From: Betaproteobacteria bacterium | GTDB taxonomy: Bacteria; Pseudomonadota; Gammaproteobacteria; Burkholderiales; SG8-41 | DNA: 64,000 nt | NCBI GenBank assembly: GCA_028291945.1 | Contig: JAQGNH010000254.1 | Location: 4,679 to 68,678 of the forward strand | Direction of reading: 5' to 3' | Shown here: in pieces, positions 1 through 11,346 of the stretch | Layout: each line of letters begins with the position of its first letter | Numbering within the stretch: the stretch's first letter is position 1 | The notes under the pieces: generated by a model | Seen by the model: the letters and a program-made list of their open reading frames with translations, nothing else | Databases searched by the model: none | What the model was told of the DNA's origin: nothing | Made by a program: the position numbers and the translations under genes

Positions 1-2
1 CA

Positions 3-899
3 CGGCCCGCCGACCAGGGGATCACTCAGGTGGGCCCGATCATCATGAAGTATGGCACGCAGGCACAAAAGGACCACTACCTGCCGCGCACCCGGTCGGG
101 TGAGATCATCTGGTGTCAAGGTTACTCGGAGCCGAACGCAGGCTCGGATCTGGCGAACCTGCAAACGTCAGCCGTTATCGAGGGCGATGTTTTCATCGTG
201 AATGGCCAGAAAATCTGGACCACGCTCGCACACGATTCCACACACATCTACCTGCTCGTACGCACCGACAAGGAAGCGAAAAAACAAAAAGGCATCAGCT
301 TCCTGCTCGTCGACCTGCAGACGTCCGGGATCACCATACGGCCGATCCGCAACATTGCGGGCCACGAAGAATTCTGCGAGGTCTTCTTCGACGATGTGCG
401 CGTGCCGCGCGACGTGCTGGTCGGCAAAATGAATGAGGGATGGACAGTCGCTAAAGCGCTGCTCGGTTTCGAGCGGCTCAACATCGGCAGTCCGCGCCGG
501 CCCCAATATGCTCTGATGCGCCTCGAGATGCTCGCGCGAGCGAAGGGATTGTTCGCGGACACCGGCTTCCTCGACCGCTTTATTGCGATCAAGCTCGATC
601 TCGAAGATCTCGCCGCCCTTTACGGCCGGTATGTGGAACAGGTCAAGCGTGGAGAACCCCTGGGCCAGGACGTCTCCTCGCTCAAGATCTGGGCTATGGA
701 AGCGTGGCAGCGGCTGACTGAGCTGCTCGTCGAAGCGGGCGCGGAGGACGGCGTCATCGAAGGCGCGCACGACATCGCCGGCGTGGAGATCGACTTCTTG
801 AGTCCGTTCTATTACGCGCGGCCTGCGACGATTTACGGCGGCTCGAGCGAGATTCAGCGCAACATACTGTCCAAATACGTGCTCGAATTGCCGTCGTAA
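3..899 (+). CDS. acyl-CoA dehydrogenase, C-terminal portion (5' end lies outside the window)
   Basis: Reading frame is open to the window edge. Translation has 'CQGYSEPNAGSDLANL...VNGQKIWTT' and a C-terminal helical domain ending '...GGSSEIQRNILSKYVLELP', typical of the ACAD family. Confidence 0.85.
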   Translation, partial: RPADQGITQVGPIIMKYGTQAQKDHYLPRTRSGEIIWCQGYSEPNAGSDLANLQTSAVIEGDVFIVNGQKIWTTLAHDSTHIYLLVRTDKEAKKQKGISFLLVDLQTSGITIRPIRNIAGHEEFCEVFFDDVRVPRDVLVGKMNEGWTVAKALLGFERLNIGSPRRPQYALMRLEMLARAKGLFADTGFLDRFIAIKLDLEDLAALYGRYVEQVKRGEPLGQDVSSLKIWAMEAWQRLTELLVEAGAEDGVIEGAHDIAGVEIDFLSPFYYARPATIYGGSSEIQRNILSKYVLELPS

Positions 900-903
900 A
901 CCG

Positions 904-2874
904 TCAGCCGACCTTCATGGGCAGTATCACCACCTGTATCCCTTGCAGGTGCAGCCGCTGCTGAAGCGCGAGCGCGGTCTGGTTGTGTAGCCAGCGCGAG
1001 AAGAAATTATCACGGGCGAATATCAGCTTGCTCGCAAAACACACGCCATTCGGAAATTCCTTGAGCGTTTTTTCGGCAAGTCGTGTGAGCTCCGCGACGG
1101 GGTCGGTCCCGAACGCACATTCGGATTTTGCGGCGAGGCCGTGCGCGTGGCAGAAATTCACGTAGTAGCGCAGCGAGTTCTCTATTTCGTACTGCAGGGT
1201 GCGTAACGCTCCGGGCCCATTGTAGCTTTGCGCATCGACTTCGCCGGCGCTCAGAAAAATGTAATTCTTGAAATGCTCGCCGAAGAGCCTGCGCACCCAT
1301 AGCAGCGCGTGCATGCTCACGCCGCGATTTTTCCCGACGAAAAAAACGGCCGTCGGCTTTTGCGGATCGAGCGGTGGCGGACTGGGCACGTCCTCGATGC
1401 CGCCGCGGGTAGAAAACAGCGCGTCGATCTTGCGCAGCTCCTCGCGTGTCTCGTCGTAATGCCAGCGTATCGTGAGACAGAGCGCAATGACAGCGCCGGT
1501 AATGATGAGAGTTACCCAGCCGCCTTCGTTAAACTTGCCGATGATAAGCACCGTCAGAATGCTCGTCGTGACGAGCACACCCAGTGCCGACAAAAGCAGT
1601 CGCCGCCTCCACGGTGCAGCGCCGCGGCGATTTCCCCACCAGTAAATGCAAAGGCCCCATAGGGCAATCGAGAACGTCAGGAAGACATTGATGCTGTAGA
1701 GAACCACTAAGAGCGCGACGTTGCCGCGGCTCCATATGAGCACTCCCAGTGCTGCGAGGCCCATCAGCAGCACCCCGTTTTGCGTGACAAGACGGCTCGA
1801 TAACTGCCTGAACTGCCGCGGGACCCAGGAATCGGCGGCCATGTTCGCGAGCACTGCCGGTCCGCCGAGAAAACCCGTGTTAGCCGCCACAAAAAGCAGG
1901 CCTGCCTCGAGCGCCAGGACCACGACCAGCGCAACGTGATTGGCCATGGGGCTGCCGAAATTGAAGTGATTGATGATGGAGTCGAACACGACGGCGTTCA
2001 GCGTTTGACCGGGGGCTGGCGCCGCGTCCCATAGCAGGTACAGCAGCAGAATCCCTCCCGCAGTGAACGCGAGCGACACGGCCATGTAGAACATCGTCCA
2101 TTTACCAGTCTGCACACGAGGCTCGGCCAAGGTGTGAACGTTGTTGGAGACGGCTTCCAGGCCCGTGTATGTTCCGCCACCATGTGAATAGGCAAAGAGC
2201 AGCATCGCCGCGACCGACATCCAGCCCATCTGCTGTGCGAGGCTTTTGGTTTCGGCGATAGTCGCCGGGATCAGGACGGGCAAACTCCCTGCGTGTGCAT
2301 AAACGCCATAGAAGATCAGCACAGTGTGAACGACGACAAAGCCGATGAAGATCGGAAGGAGAACCTTGATCGCTTCCTTCATCCCCCGCAGGTTGAGCAC
2401 GATCAGCAGTGCGATTGCGATGACGCCCGTCGAGACCTTCCAATCGTGCCAACCTGTCGGGAGCAGGCTGAATACGGCGTCCGCTCCGCTGGCGATCGAA
2501 ATCGCGATGGTGAGCACATAATCGACTATCAGCGCTGCGCCCGACACGAGGCCGGCTTTGGGGCCGACGAGTTGGCTCGCAACCCGGTAACCACCGCCCC
2601 CCGTGGGGAAAAGCTCTACGACCTGGTTGTACGCAAGGGAAATAATGAAAACCGTAACGACGGTCGCGGCGGCAAGGTACAGGCCGAGGTGGGTGTGCGG
2701 ACCGAGCGCGAGGTAGGCTTCCTCGGGCCCATAGCACGAAGACGACAAACCGTCTGCACCGAGTCCGACCCATGCAAAGAACGCGATGAGCGCGATGTTG
2801 TGCCGTGTGTCCGCACTGAGCGGATCGCGCGGCTTGCCCAGCACTATCTCTCGCAGCTTGCCCAGGCGCGCCAT
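904..2874 (-). CDS. APC-family amino acid/polyamine permease with ~200-aa C-terminal cytoplasmic domain
   Basis: 656-aa ORF. N-terminal two thirds are hydrophobic multi-TM sequence with APC-like motifs ('GADGLSSSCYGPEE', 'GGGGYRV'); the tail is soluble. Confidence 0.8.
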   Translation of the reverse strand: MARLGKLREIVLGKPRDPLSADTRHNIALIAFFAWVGLGADGLSSSCYGPEEAYLALGPHTHLGLYLAAATVVTVFIISLAYNQVVELFPTGGGGYRVASQLVGPKAGLVSGAALIVDYVLTIAISIASGADAVFSLLPTGWHDWKVSTGVIAIALLIVLNLRGMKEAIKVLLPIFIGFVVVHTVLIFYGVYAHAGSLPVLIPATIAETKSLAQQMGWMSVAAMLLFAYSHGGGTYTGLEAVSNNVHTLAEPRVQTGKWTMFYMAVSLAFTAGGILLLYLLWDAAPAPGQTLNAVVFDSIINHFNFGSPMANHVALVVVLALEAGLLFVAANTGFLGGPAVLANMAADSWVPRQFRQLSSRLVTQNGVLLMGLAALGVLIWSRGNVALLVVLYSINVFLTFSIALWGLCIYWWGNRRGAAPWRRRLLLSALGVLVTTSILTVLIIGKFNEGGWVTLIITGAVIALCLTIRWHYDETREELRKIDALFSTRGGIEDVPSPPPLDPQKPTAVFFVGKNRGVSMHALLWVRRLFGEHFKNYIFLSAGEVDAQSYNGPGALRTLQYEIENSLRYYVNFCHAHGLAAKSECAFGTDPVAELTRLAEKTLKEFPNGVCFASKLIFARDNFFSRWLHNQTALALQQRLHLQGIQVVILPMKVG

Positions 2875-2903
2875 CGCTTCAGATCACACTGCGTTCGCGC
2901 ACG

Positions 2904-3239
2904 TCAGCAAACGCCTTCGAGCTTGCGCTCGACCCGACGCGCGAAGACGGTCATTTCTCTGGCCGCCTGCTTGTCTCCTTTGCCCTCCGCAATGGCCGTG
3001 CCTTCTCTGAATGCGGCAAGCGCCTCTACAAGTTCAGACGAGGACTCGAGGGCTCGTCCGAGCAGCTTCCATGCCGCTGAATAGGTGGGCTCGTGCTTGA
3101 TGGCGGCGCGCAGATGCTCGGCAGCGGCACGAGCATCACCGTTTTTTAGGTATTCATTGCCAAGGCTGAAGCGGAGCAGGGCGTTGTCGCGGCCGCTTTC
3201 CAGCAGCTTGAGGAGATTGGGTAAAGCGGTGCTGGTCAT
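2904..3239 (-). CDS. small tetratricopeptide-repeat protein
   Basis: 111-aa ORF with TPR-like helices ('LGNEYLKNGDARAAAEHLRAAIKHEPTYSAAWKLLGRAL'). Lies 29 nt upstream of the permease on the same strand. Confidence 0.7.
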   Translation of the reverse strand: MTSTALPNLLKLLESGRDNALLRFSLGNEYLKNGDARAAAEHLRAAIKHEPTYSAAWKLLGRALESSSELVEALAAFREGTAIAEGKGDKQAAREMTVFARRVERKLEGVC

Positions 3240-3299
3240 GACAAATGAGAGGCGGGACGTGCAATTGAAACTTTACCAGCACCTCTTCATCATAGCACA

Positions 3300-5447
3300 G
3301 TGACGAAAGCCGACTCTGCTACGGCGCGGCGCGGCAGCGCAAAGCGAAAACCCCTCGCGCGCAGTTCAACGCCCTCTACGACGTGCGCCGCCCCTGAGGT
3401 ACCTTATGGCGTACCCGGCGTCACCAAAGCGTCCGCGGACAAGCTCATGCGGCTTGGAATCACGCGCGGCTTCGATCTCGTGCTGCACCTGCCGTTACGC
3501 TATGACGACGAGACGCGTATTTACCCGATCAGCGACGCACCCTCAGCGCAGGACGTTCTCGTGCAAGGCCGGGTGGTTGAAGCCGACGTCAAATACCGGC
3601 CGCGGCGGCAACTCGTCTGTCACATCGAGGACGGCTCCGGGGTACTGACGCTGCGTTTCTTCAACTTTTATCCTAGCCAGGTGAAGCAACTCGCACCGGG
3701 CACGCTCGTGCGAGCCTTTGGCGAAATCCGGCAGGGATTTTTTGGGCCCGAAATGGTCCATCCCAGATGCAAGTCAGCCGCCGAAGGATCAGCAGTAGCG
3801 AAGGCGCTGACGCCGGTTTATCCGACTACTGCCGGACTCGGCCAGGATGCACTGCGACGCGTGGTCACACACGCGCTCGCTCATTGCGATCTTGCCGACA
3901 CGCTGCCGGAGTCAATCACGGCAGGGCTGGGACTTCCGCGGTTCCGCGCGGCAATCGTCTTTCTTCACAACCCGCCGCCTGGAGTGTCGCAGGAGGATCT
4001 GCGCGAGCGAGTACACCCGGCGTGGCGCCGCGTCAAATTCGACGAGCTGCTCGCGCAACAACTATCGATGCGCGTGCATTATCGGCGGCGCAAAGCCGCA
4101 GACGCGCCTGCACTGCGGCCCAAACGTAAGCTGACGCGTCGCTTGTTGGAATTGCTGCCTTTCGCATTGACCGCTGCCCAACTGAAAGCGCTGTCCGAAG
4201 TGGAGCGTGACCTCCGCCAGCCGCATCCCATGCAGCGTCTACTTCAAGGCGACGTCGGCAGCGGCAAGACGATTGTCGCCGCGCTCGCCGCGTTGCAAGC
4301 GGTCGAAAACGGTGGCCAGGTCGCTATCATGGCGCCCACGGAGATCCTTGCCGAACAGCATTATCGGAAATTTTCGGCGTGGCTCACCGAACTCGGTATT
4401 ACAGTGACATGGCTTGCAGGGGGTTTACGCAAAGCCGATAAGCAGCACGCGGTTGCTGCGATGGCGAGCGGTGCAACACAGATCGGGGTCGGAACCCATG
4501 CTCTATTCCAGGAGGAGGTGAAGTTCCAGAAACTGGTGCTTGCGATCATCGACGAGCAGCACCGGTTCGGCGTGCATCAGCGTCTCGCCTTGCGACTGAA
4601 AGGCACGCGCGCGAACACAGTCGTTCAACCGCATCAGCTGATGATGAGCGCAACGCCCATTCCGCGTACGCTTGCGATGAGTTATTACGCGGATCTCGAC
4701 GTTTCTGTTATCGACGAGCTGCCGCCCGGCCGAACGCCTGTTGCGACGCGACTGGTATCGGACGCGCGTCGACAGGAAGTCATTCATCGCGTGCGGGATG
4801 CATGCATGAGCGGAAGCCAGGCTTATTGGGTGTGCCCTCTGATCGAGGAATCCGAGACCCTCCAGCTCAAAACTGCACTTGAAACGTACGAAAGCGCTCG
4901 CGCCGCTTTTCCCGAGCTCAAAATCGGGCTCGTGCACGGTCGGCTCAAGGCCGAGGAGAAAGCGGCTGTCATGGCTGCGTTCCAGCGCGGCGACATTCAC
5001 CTTCTGGTCGCGACGACAGTGATCGAAGTCGGAGTTGACGTGCCCAACGCAACCCTGATGATCATCGAGCACGCCGAGCGCATGGGCCTTTCGCAGCTGC
5101 ATCAGCTGCGGGGGCGTGTAGGCCGTGGCGCGAGTGCGAGCACGTGCATCCTGCTCTTTCAGAATCCCTTGACCCCTACCGCTCGCGAGCGGCTGAAAAT
5201 CATTTATGAGCATCACGATGGCTTCGAGGTCGCGCGACATGATCTGCGGTTGCGCGGCCCGGGCGAGATGCTCGGAGCGCGCCAGAGCGGACTGCCGATG
5301 TTGCGCTTCGCTGACCTCAATGCCGATCTCGATCTCCTCGAGGCTGCTCGCGTCGTGGCCGAGCAGCTCCTGCGTGATGATCCGGACGCGGCGCAGGCAC
5401 ACCTCGCACGTTGGCTCGGCGGTAAACACGAGCTGCTCAAGGTGTAG
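3300..5447 (+). CDS. recG: ATP-dependent DNA helicase RecG
   Basis: 715 aa. Has the wedge-domain region, Walker A 'GDVGSGKT', DEQH box 'IIDEQHRFGV', 'MSATPIPRT' and 'QLHQLRGRVGRG'. Confidence 0.95.
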   Translation: MTKADSATARRGSAKRKPLARSSTPSTTCAAPEVPYGVPGVTKASADKLMRLGITRGFDLVLHLPLRYDDETRIYPISDAPSAQDVLVQGRVVEADVKYRPRRQLVCHIEDGSGVLTLRFFNFYPSQVKQLAPGTLVRAFGEIRQGFFGPEMVHPRCKSAAEGSAVAKALTPVYPTTAGLGQDALRRVVTHALAHCDLADTLPESITAGLGLPRFRAAIVFLHNPPPGVSQEDLRERVHPAWRRVKFDELLAQQLSMRVHYRRRKAADAPALRPKRKLTRRLLELLPFALTAAQLKALSEVERDLRQPHPMQRLLQGDVGSGKTIVAALAALQAVENGGQVAIMAPTEILAEQHYRKFSAWLTELGITVTWLAGGLRKADKQHAVAAMASGATQIGVGTHALFQEEVKFQKLVLAIIDEQHRFGVHQRLALRLKGTRANTVVQPHQLMMSATPIPRTLAMSYYADLDVSVIDELPPGRTPVATRLVSDARRQEVIHRVRDACMSGSQAYWVCPLIEESETLQLKTALETYESARAAFPELKIGLVHGRLKAEEKAAVMAAFQRGDIHLLVATTVIEVGVDVPNATLMIIEHAERMGLSQLHQLRGRVGRGASASTCILLFQNPLTPTARERLKIIYEHHDGFEVARHDLRLRGPGEMLGARQSGLPMLRFADLNADLDLLEAARVVAEQLLRDDPDAAQAHLARWLGGKHELLKV

Positions 5448-5498
5448 GAGCGGGTGTAGGAGCGGGCCTCACGCTCTCGTTTATAATCGCGTGCCTCG

Positions 5499-6035
5499 GT
5501 GACAACCATTCCTCGCGACATTCACTGGCGGCGCTCGCCGGCGTCCGCCGGCCGCTATCGCCCATGGCTTACCGACCGCGGCTCGCTGACCGCACGTATC
5601 GCGCATTTCTGTCCTGGTGTGCGGGTCGAAGTGATCTTTCAGGGTCTGAGAGCGCCGGATCGCGATGAGCGATTCCTCTTTGCACGGGGCGGCCGCGCGC
5701 GGGTGCTGGTGCGCGAGGTTTTACTGTTGTGCGGCGATACACCTCTGGTGTTTGCTCACACGGTATTCGACTCTTACGAGTTGTGCGGCCCGTGGCGCAG
5801 TATCGCCAAGCTTGGCAATCGTCCGCTTGGTGCAGCGCTCTTCGCAGATCCGCGCATTACGCGTTATCCACTGCGTCAGAGAAAAATCGGATGGCACCAT
5901 GAGTTGCACACGCGATTGTGCGGAATTACGCCGCGTGCGCCCGCTTCACTCTGGGCTCGGCGGTCTCTATTCCGACTGCACAATTCGCCTATACTCGTGA
6001 CGGAAGTTTTCCTACCGGAGATTCTTCAGCTATGA
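5499..6035 (+). CDS. ubiC: chorismate pyruvate-lyase
   Basis: 178 aa with 'WLTDRGSLTARI...REVLL..GDTPLVFAHTV...LGNRPLGAALF'. Sits directly upstream of ubiA, with an ATGA stop/start overlap. Confidence 0.8.
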   Translation: MTTIPRDIHWRRSPASAGRYRPWLTDRGSLTARIAHFCPGVRVEVIFQGLRAPDRDERFLFARGGRARVLVREVLLLCGDTPLVFAHTVFDSYELCGPWRSIAKLGNRPLGAALFADPRITRYPLRQRKIGWHHELHTRLCGITPRAPASLWARRSLFRLHNSPILVTEVFLPEILQL

Positions 6036-6907
6036 CGCTCGTCGAGCGTTTGAATGCCTACGAGCGCTTGATGCGGCTCGACAAGCCCATCGGCGCGCTG
6101 CTCCTTCTTTGGCCCGCGCTGTGGGGCTTGTGGCTTGCGGCTTACGGCTTTCCGGACCCTGACATCCTGCTGATTTTCGTCACCGGGACGGTGCTCGTGC
6201 GCTCAGCAGGCTGTGTCGTGAATGACTTCGCTGACCGCGACTTCGATCCGTACGTCGCACGCACGCGCGATCGCCCGCTTGCTGCCGGCCTGGTGAGACC
6301 CTGGGAGGCGCTCGCGCTTGCGGGGTTGCTCTTCTTAGTCGCGTTCCTGCTCGTGCTGCACACTAACCGCCTTACCGTGATGCTTTCGTTTGTCGCGGTT
6401 GCGCTCACGGTCGTCTACCCGTTTCTGAAGCGGGTGTTTTCATTCCCGCAAGCGTGGCTCGGCATTGCATTCGGCTTTTCGATTCCGATGGCGTTCGCGG
6501 CACAATATGGAAAGCTCGTACCGGCGGCATGGGCGATGATGGTCGCGAATATGTTCTGGGCGATCGCGTACGATACGGAGTACGCAATGGTCGACCGCGA
6601 AGACGATATCCGGATCGGACTCAAATCTTCAGCGATACTGCTCGGCCGCTACGACGTCGCCGCTGTCGTCGCGAGCCACGCGATTTTCCTCATGCTGATG
6701 GCGATCATTGGATGGTGGCAGTTTCTCGGCATCCTGTATTACGTCGGTCTCATCATCGCGGCGGGTCTCGTGTATTACCAATACCGCCTGATTCGTACGC
6801 GCGACCGTGACGCCTGTTTCAAGGCGTTCGTGAACAATAACTGGCTGGGCTGCGCCGTCTTCGTCGGTCTCGCGGCCGATCTCTACTTCCGCATCCGCCT
6901 TTGGTGA
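6032..6907 (+). CDS. ubiA: 4-hydroxybenzoate polyprenyltransferase
   Basis: UbiA prenyltransferase motifs ('NDFADRDFD', '[13 protein letters not shown]') and a multi-TM profile. I chose ATG 6032, which overlaps the ubiC stop; the longer ORF from 5918 would overlap ubiC. Confidence 0.92.
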   Translation: MTLVERLNAYERLMRLDKPIGALLLLWPALWGLWLAAYGFPDPDILLIFVTGTVLVRSAGCVVNDFADRDFDPYVARTRDRPLAAGLVRPWEALALAGLLFLVAFLLVLHTNRLTVMLSFVAVALTVVYPFLKRVFSFPQAWLGIAFGFSIPMAFAAQYGKLVPAAWAMMVANMFWAIAYDTEYAMVDREDDIRIGLKSSAILLGRYDVAAVVASHAIFLMLMAIIGWWQFLGILYYVGLIIAAGLVYYQYRLIRTRDRDACFKAFVNNNWLGCAVFVGLAADLYFRIRLW

Positions 6908-8367
6908 ACTACACGGACCTGCGAGGGTTTTTGTCCCGCCTGGAAGCGCTTGGCGAGCTCAAGCGCGTCACGGTTGAAGTCGATCCGCGCCTCGAGATCA
7001 CAGAAATCTGCAGCCGCGTGCTGAAACAAGGCGGTCCTGCGCTGCTGTTCGAGCATCCCAAAGGCCATTCGATTCCGGTGCTCGCGAATCTGTTTGGCAC
7101 GTCGCGGCGAGTCGCGCTCGGTATGGGCCGCGATTCCGTGGAATCGCTGCGCGAACTGGGGCAGCTCCTTGCCTACCTTAAGGAGCCCGAGCCGCCGACA
7201 GGTCTGCGCGACGCGTGGGACAAGCTGCCGCTTCTGAAGCAGGTTTGGACCATGGAGCCCCGAACCGTGCGCCGCGCGCCCTGTCAGGAGGTCATCAAGG
7301 AAGGGAGCGACATCGACCTCGCATCGCTGCCGATCCAGACCTGCTGGCCTGGCGACGCGGGTCCGCTCATCACATGGGGGCTTACGGTCACACGTGGGCC
7401 GCACAAAAAGCGACAGAATCTCGGCATCTACCGTCAGCAAGTAATAGGCCGCAACAAGCTCATCATGCGGTGGCTGGCACAGCGTGGCGGCGCGCTCGAT
7501 TATCGTGATCACACACTTTTGCGTGCGCGCGAGTCGTTCCCGGTGGCGGTCGCGCTGGGTGCCGATCCTGCGACGATGCTCGGCGCGGTTACGCCGGTGC
7601 CCGACGCGCTGAGCGAATACCAGTTTGCAGGATTACTTCGCGGCGCTAAAACTGAAATCGTGAAGTGCACGCTGCATGACCTGCAAGTGCCTGCGAGTGC
7701 CGAGATCGTGCTCGAAGGTTATCTCCACCCGGGTGAAAGCGCAGTCGAAGGTCCTTTCGGCGATCACACGGGGTACTACAACGAGCAGGAGCGCTTTCCC
7801 GTCTTTACAGTGGAGCGCATGACGACACGCCGGGATCCCATCTATCACTCCACCTATACGGGTAAGCCTCCTGACGAACCCGCGGTGCTGGGTCTCGCCT
7901 TGAACGAAGTTTTCGTGCCGCTGCTCGCAAAACAGTTTCCGGAAATCGTCGACTTCTATCTTCCGCCGGAGGGCTGCTCCTATCGTATCGCGTGTGTGAG
8001 CATGAAAAAGCAGTATCCCGGTCACGCCAAGCGTGTGATGTTCGGCGTGTGGTCATTCCTGCGGCAGTTCATGTACACCAAAATCATCATCGTGACGGAC
8101 GACGACGTGAACGTGCGCGACTGGAAGGAAGTCATCTGGGCGCTGACGACCCGCGTCGACCCACGTCGCGACACGCTCATCGCCGATGCGACGCCGATCG
8201 ATTACCTCGATTTTGCGAGTCCGGTCGCAGGGCTGGGCTCGAAAATGGGTATCGACGCCACGAACAAGTGGTCGGAGGAAACGGATCGGCGTTGGGGCAC
8301 GCCGATCGCGATGAGCGAAGACGTGAAGCGGCGCGTCGACGCGCTGTGGCAGCAATTGGACCTTTAA
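6904..8367 (+). CDS. ubiD: 4-hydroxy-3-polyprenylbenzoate decarboxylase (UbiD family)
   Basis: N-terminus '(M)[21 protein letters not shown]' and full-length UbiD-like sequence. GTG 6904 overlaps the ubiA TGA (GTGA); TTG 6901 is an alternative start. Confidence 0.92.
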   Translation: MNYTDLRGFLSRLEALGELKRVTVEVDPRLEITEICSRVLKQGGPALLFEHPKGHSIPVLANLFGTSRRVALGMGRDSVESLRELGQLLAYLKEPEPPTGLRDAWDKLPLLKQVWTMEPRTVRRAPCQEVIKEGSDIDLASLPIQTCWPGDAGPLITWGLTVTRGPHKKRQNLGIYRQQVIGRNKLIMRWLAQRGGALDYRDHTLLRARESFPVAVALGADPATMLGAVTPVPDALSEYQFAGLLRGAKTEIVKCTLHDLQVPASAEIVLEGYLHPGESAVEGPFGDHTGYYNEQERFPVFTVERMTTRRDPIYHSTYTGKPPDEPAVLGLALNEVFVPLLAKQFPEIVDFYLPPEGCSYRIACVSMKKQYPGHAKRVMFGVWSFLRQFMYTKIIIVTDDDVNVRDWKEVIWALTTRVDPRRDTLIADATPIDYLDFASPVAGLGSKMGIDATNKWSEETDRRWGTPIAMSEDVKRRVDALWQQLDL

Positions 8368-8557
8368 ATCCCCGAAAAGCCTCGCCGCAAAGCACGCAAA
8401 GCCAAAAACGGACGAGAAAATCAGGGCAGGTAGACCGTTCAACGTCGGGAGGTGGTCCAGGTTCGTAGGTGAAATGGTCTGAGCATTCCCGAAGCCTTTG
8501 GCCCTTCTTGGTGCCCCTGGATCGTCTGTTGCCTCGCCTCGCTACTCCGGTTGCCGC

Positions 8558-9988
8558 TCAACGGCGGTAGATCCACCGCAGAAGCGCGTCCTGCGCCGGC
8601 TGAGCATTGACCGCGTTTGCGTGATTCACGATGAAGACGACCACCATGCGCCTCCCTTTCGCATCGAGCACGTAGCCCGCAATGGAACGCACGCCGGAGA
8701 GTGAGCCCGTTTTAATATGTGCCTGCCCTGCCACTTCAGCGTTAGACAAACGCTTTTTCATCGTGCCGTCTACCGCCACGACCGGCAGCGAAGCCATCAG
8801 CTCAGGCATCACTGGACTGCGGAATGCCGCGAGCAACAACTCGCCCATGCCGCGCGCAGTGATGCGCTCCGAGCGCGAGAGACCCGAGCCGTTCTCCATC
8901 ACGAACTCGCCCGTGGGCGCTCCTTTCTCTGTAAGCCACTGATGGATCACGTTGCGCGCTTTCGCGAGCGTGCCGGGCGCACCTTCGCCGAGCGCGCCCA
9001 GCGTTAGGAAAAGCTGTCTTGCCATCACGTTGTTGCTGTACTTGTTGATGTCCCGAATGACTTCTGACAGCGCGTCTGAGCGCGTGCTCATGATCAGCCG
9101 CGCTCCTGCGGGAACCTGACCATCGCGCACAGCGCCAGCTACCGTTCCCCCGAGTTCACGCCATAGCTGGGTGAAAAGACCCGCGACGTAAGCACGATGA
9201 CTTAACAGGCTGAAGCTCCGCGTGCGCTCTCCGCAGTCCCGTGAATATGCGCCACCGATTAGCAGACGCGCCGTTTCGCTGGTGCCTTGTGAATCGATCT
9301 TCAGCCGCGAAACCCAGTCACCGCACGGCACGTCGTCCACGACAACATTGTTCACGACCTGCAGTTCCGGCAACAACGGTTCGGAAATGAGGCGCACTGC
9401 CCGCGCGGCCGCCTCTGGCACGAACTGGAGGGTCACCGCTTTGAAGTTCACGAGCAGTGCGTCGGGCCCGGTGTTGTAAGGCCGTAGCGGCTGCTCGTCG
9501 AAGCGCGCCGGATCGTAATCATCCGCAGCGAAGAAGGTCCGGTCGAGCACCACGTCTCCGCGGATTTCACGGATGCCGCGCGCGCGCAGGTTGCGTAACA
9601 TCAACCAGAAATTCTCGAGCGTGAGCTTGGGGTCGCCGTAGCCTTTGATGACGAGGTCGCCATCGAGGACGTCGTCCTGCACTGCGCCTGTCGCATAAAC
9701 TTCGGTGCTCCACGTGTACGCGGAGCCGATGAGCTCGAGCGCGCTGTAGGTGGTCACAAGCTTCATTGTCGAAGCAGGATTGAGCGCTCGCTCTGCGCCG
9801 TGCGCTACGACCGGGCGACTTGCGCCGACGTCTTGCACGTAAAGCCCTACGGCGGTTTCAGGAATGGCGGCGGCTGCAAGGGCCTGTGCAACCGGGGCAG
9901 GGACGGCCGCAGCCGCGACGACGCTGATCAGGGCGAGCGCGAGGAGAAGAGCGAGCTGACTGCGAACTGCGGTGGACGGATAGTTCAT
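8558..9988 (-). CDS. dacB: D-alanyl-D-alanine carboxypeptidase/endopeptidase (PBP4 family)
   Basis: Signal peptide, then the SxxK box 'STMKL', 'ENGSGLS' and 'KTGSL'. The 476-aa length fits PBP4. Confidence 0.85.
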   Translation of the reverse strand: MNYPSTAVRSQLALLLALALISVVAAAAVPAPVAQALAAAAIPETAVGLYVQDVGASRPVVAHGAERALNPASTMKLVTTYSALELIGSAYTWSTEVYATGAVQDDVLDGDLVIKGYGDPKLTLENFWLMLRNLRARGIREIRGDVVLDRTFFAADDYDPARFDEQPLRPYNTGPDALLVNFKAVTLQFVPEAAARAVRLISEPLLPELQVVNNVVVDDVPCGDWVSRLKIDSQGTSETARLLIGGAYSRDCGERTRSFSLLSHRAYVAGLFTQLWRELGGTVAGAVRDGQVPAGARLIMSTRSDALSEVIRDINKYSNNVMARQLFLTLGALGEGAPGTLAKARNVIHQWLTEKGAPTGEFVMENGSGLSRSERITARGMGELLLAAFRSPVMPELMASLPVVAVDGTMKKRLSNAEVAGQAHIKTGSLSGVRSIAGYVLDAKGRRMVVVFIVNHANAVNAQPAQDALLRWIYRR

Positions 9989-10023
9989 CGAGCCTGGCAG
10001 GTGCCAGTGTGTCTCTATATGTG

Positions 10024-11346
10024 CTAAAGCGATTGTACGATGTCGAGCGTGCGCGTTACGAGCAGGGCGAGCTCCTCGTCGGAAATCACGTAGGGCGGCA
10101 TAAAGTAAACCGTGCGGCCAATCGGGCGCAGTAGCAGCTCGCGTGCGAGGGCGTGCTCATACACGCGGCGCGCGACTCCGTCATCGGTGCCGTCGATCTC
10201 GAATGCCCAGATCATCCCGGTGTTGCGGAAATTACGCACGCGCAGATGCGCCGCGATCGGGCTCACGAGGTCGTTCATCATGGTGGCTTTCGCGCGATTG
10301 GTTTCGATCACAGCATCCTTCTCGAAGATGTCCAGCGTCGCGAGCGCTGCTCGGCACGCGAGCGCGTTGCCCGTGTACGAATGTGAGTGCAGAAAACCGC
10401 GCGTCACAGCGTCGTCGTAAAACGCCCCGTACACGGCATTGCTCGTGAGCACGACCGATAAGGGCAGATAGCCGCCCGTGATGCCTTTCGAGAGACACAG
10501 GAAATCCGGTGTGATGCCGGCCTGCTCGTGCGCGAAGAACGTGCCGGTGCGGCCGAAGCCCGTCATGATTTCGTCCGCGATGAGGTGCACATCGTAGCGG
10601 TCGCAGATCTCACGCGCGCGCCGCAGATACTCGGGATCGTACATCCCCATGCCCGCCGCGCCTTGCACCAGCGGCTCGAGGATCAGCGCTGCCGTAGTGG
10701 AATGATGGGCAGCAAGGTGATGGTCGAGCTCGTATGCACAGCGGATCGCAAAGTCGCGCGCCGACTCGCCTTGCGCAGCGAGTCGCCAGTCCGGGCTCGC
10801 CACTTGCGCGCTCCCGCGCAGCAATGGCGCGTACGTGTCCTTGAAGAGCGCGACATCGGTGACTGAAAGCGCGCCAAGCGTTTCCCCATGATAGCTGCCA
10901 GCGAGGCTGACGAAATGGGTTTTCCCCCCGCGGCCGGTATTGCGCCAGTAGTGGAAACTCATTTTCAGTGCAATTTCGGTCGCAGACGCGCCATCGCTGC
11001 CGTAGAAACAGTGTCCCAGCGCATTGCCCGTGAGCTGCGCCAGCCGTTCTGAAAGCTGCACCACAGTTTCGTGAGTGAAACCCGCGAGCATCACGTGCTC
11101 GAGACGCGTAAGTTGATCTATCAGCGCTGCATTGATGCGCTCGTTTGCGTGTCCGAAAAGATTGACCCACCACGAGCTCACCGCGTCGAGATAACGATTT
11201 CCGTCGAAATCGTAGAGCCAGCATCCCCGAGCCGATGCCACAGGAATGAGCGGAAGCGTCTCATGGTGCTTCATTTGCGTGCACGGATGCCATACAGCGT
11301 TGAGGCTGCGCTTTAGCAGCACGCGGTTGTGACTGCTAGTTTGCAT
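10024..11346 (-). CDS. bioA: adenosylmethionine-8-amino-7-oxononanoate aminotransferase
   Basis: 440 aa. Has 'VWHPCTQMK', 'SSWWVNLFGH' and 'DEIMTGFGRTG', typical of class III aminotransferase BioA. Confidence 0.9.
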   Translation of the reverse strand: MQTSSHNRVLLKRSLNAVWHPCTQMKHHETLPLIPVASARGCWLYDFDGNRYLDAVSSWWVNLFGHANERINAALIDQLTRLEHVMLAGFTHETVVQLSERLAQLTGNALGHCFYGSDGASATEIALKMSFHYWRNTGRGGKTHFVSLAGSYHGETLGALSVTDVALFKDTYAPLLRGSAQVASPDWRLAAQGESARDFAIRCAYELDHHLAAHHSTTAALILEPLVQGAAGMGMYDPEYLRRAREICDRYDVHLIADEIMTGFGRTGTFFAHEQAGITPDFLCLSKGITGGYLPLSVVLTSNAVYGAFYDDAVTRGFLHSHSYTGNALACRAALATLDIFEKDAVIETNRAKATMMNDLVSPIAAHLRVRNFRNTGMIWAFEIDGTDDGVARRVYEHALARELLLRPIGRTVYFMPPYVISDEELALLVTRTLDIVQSL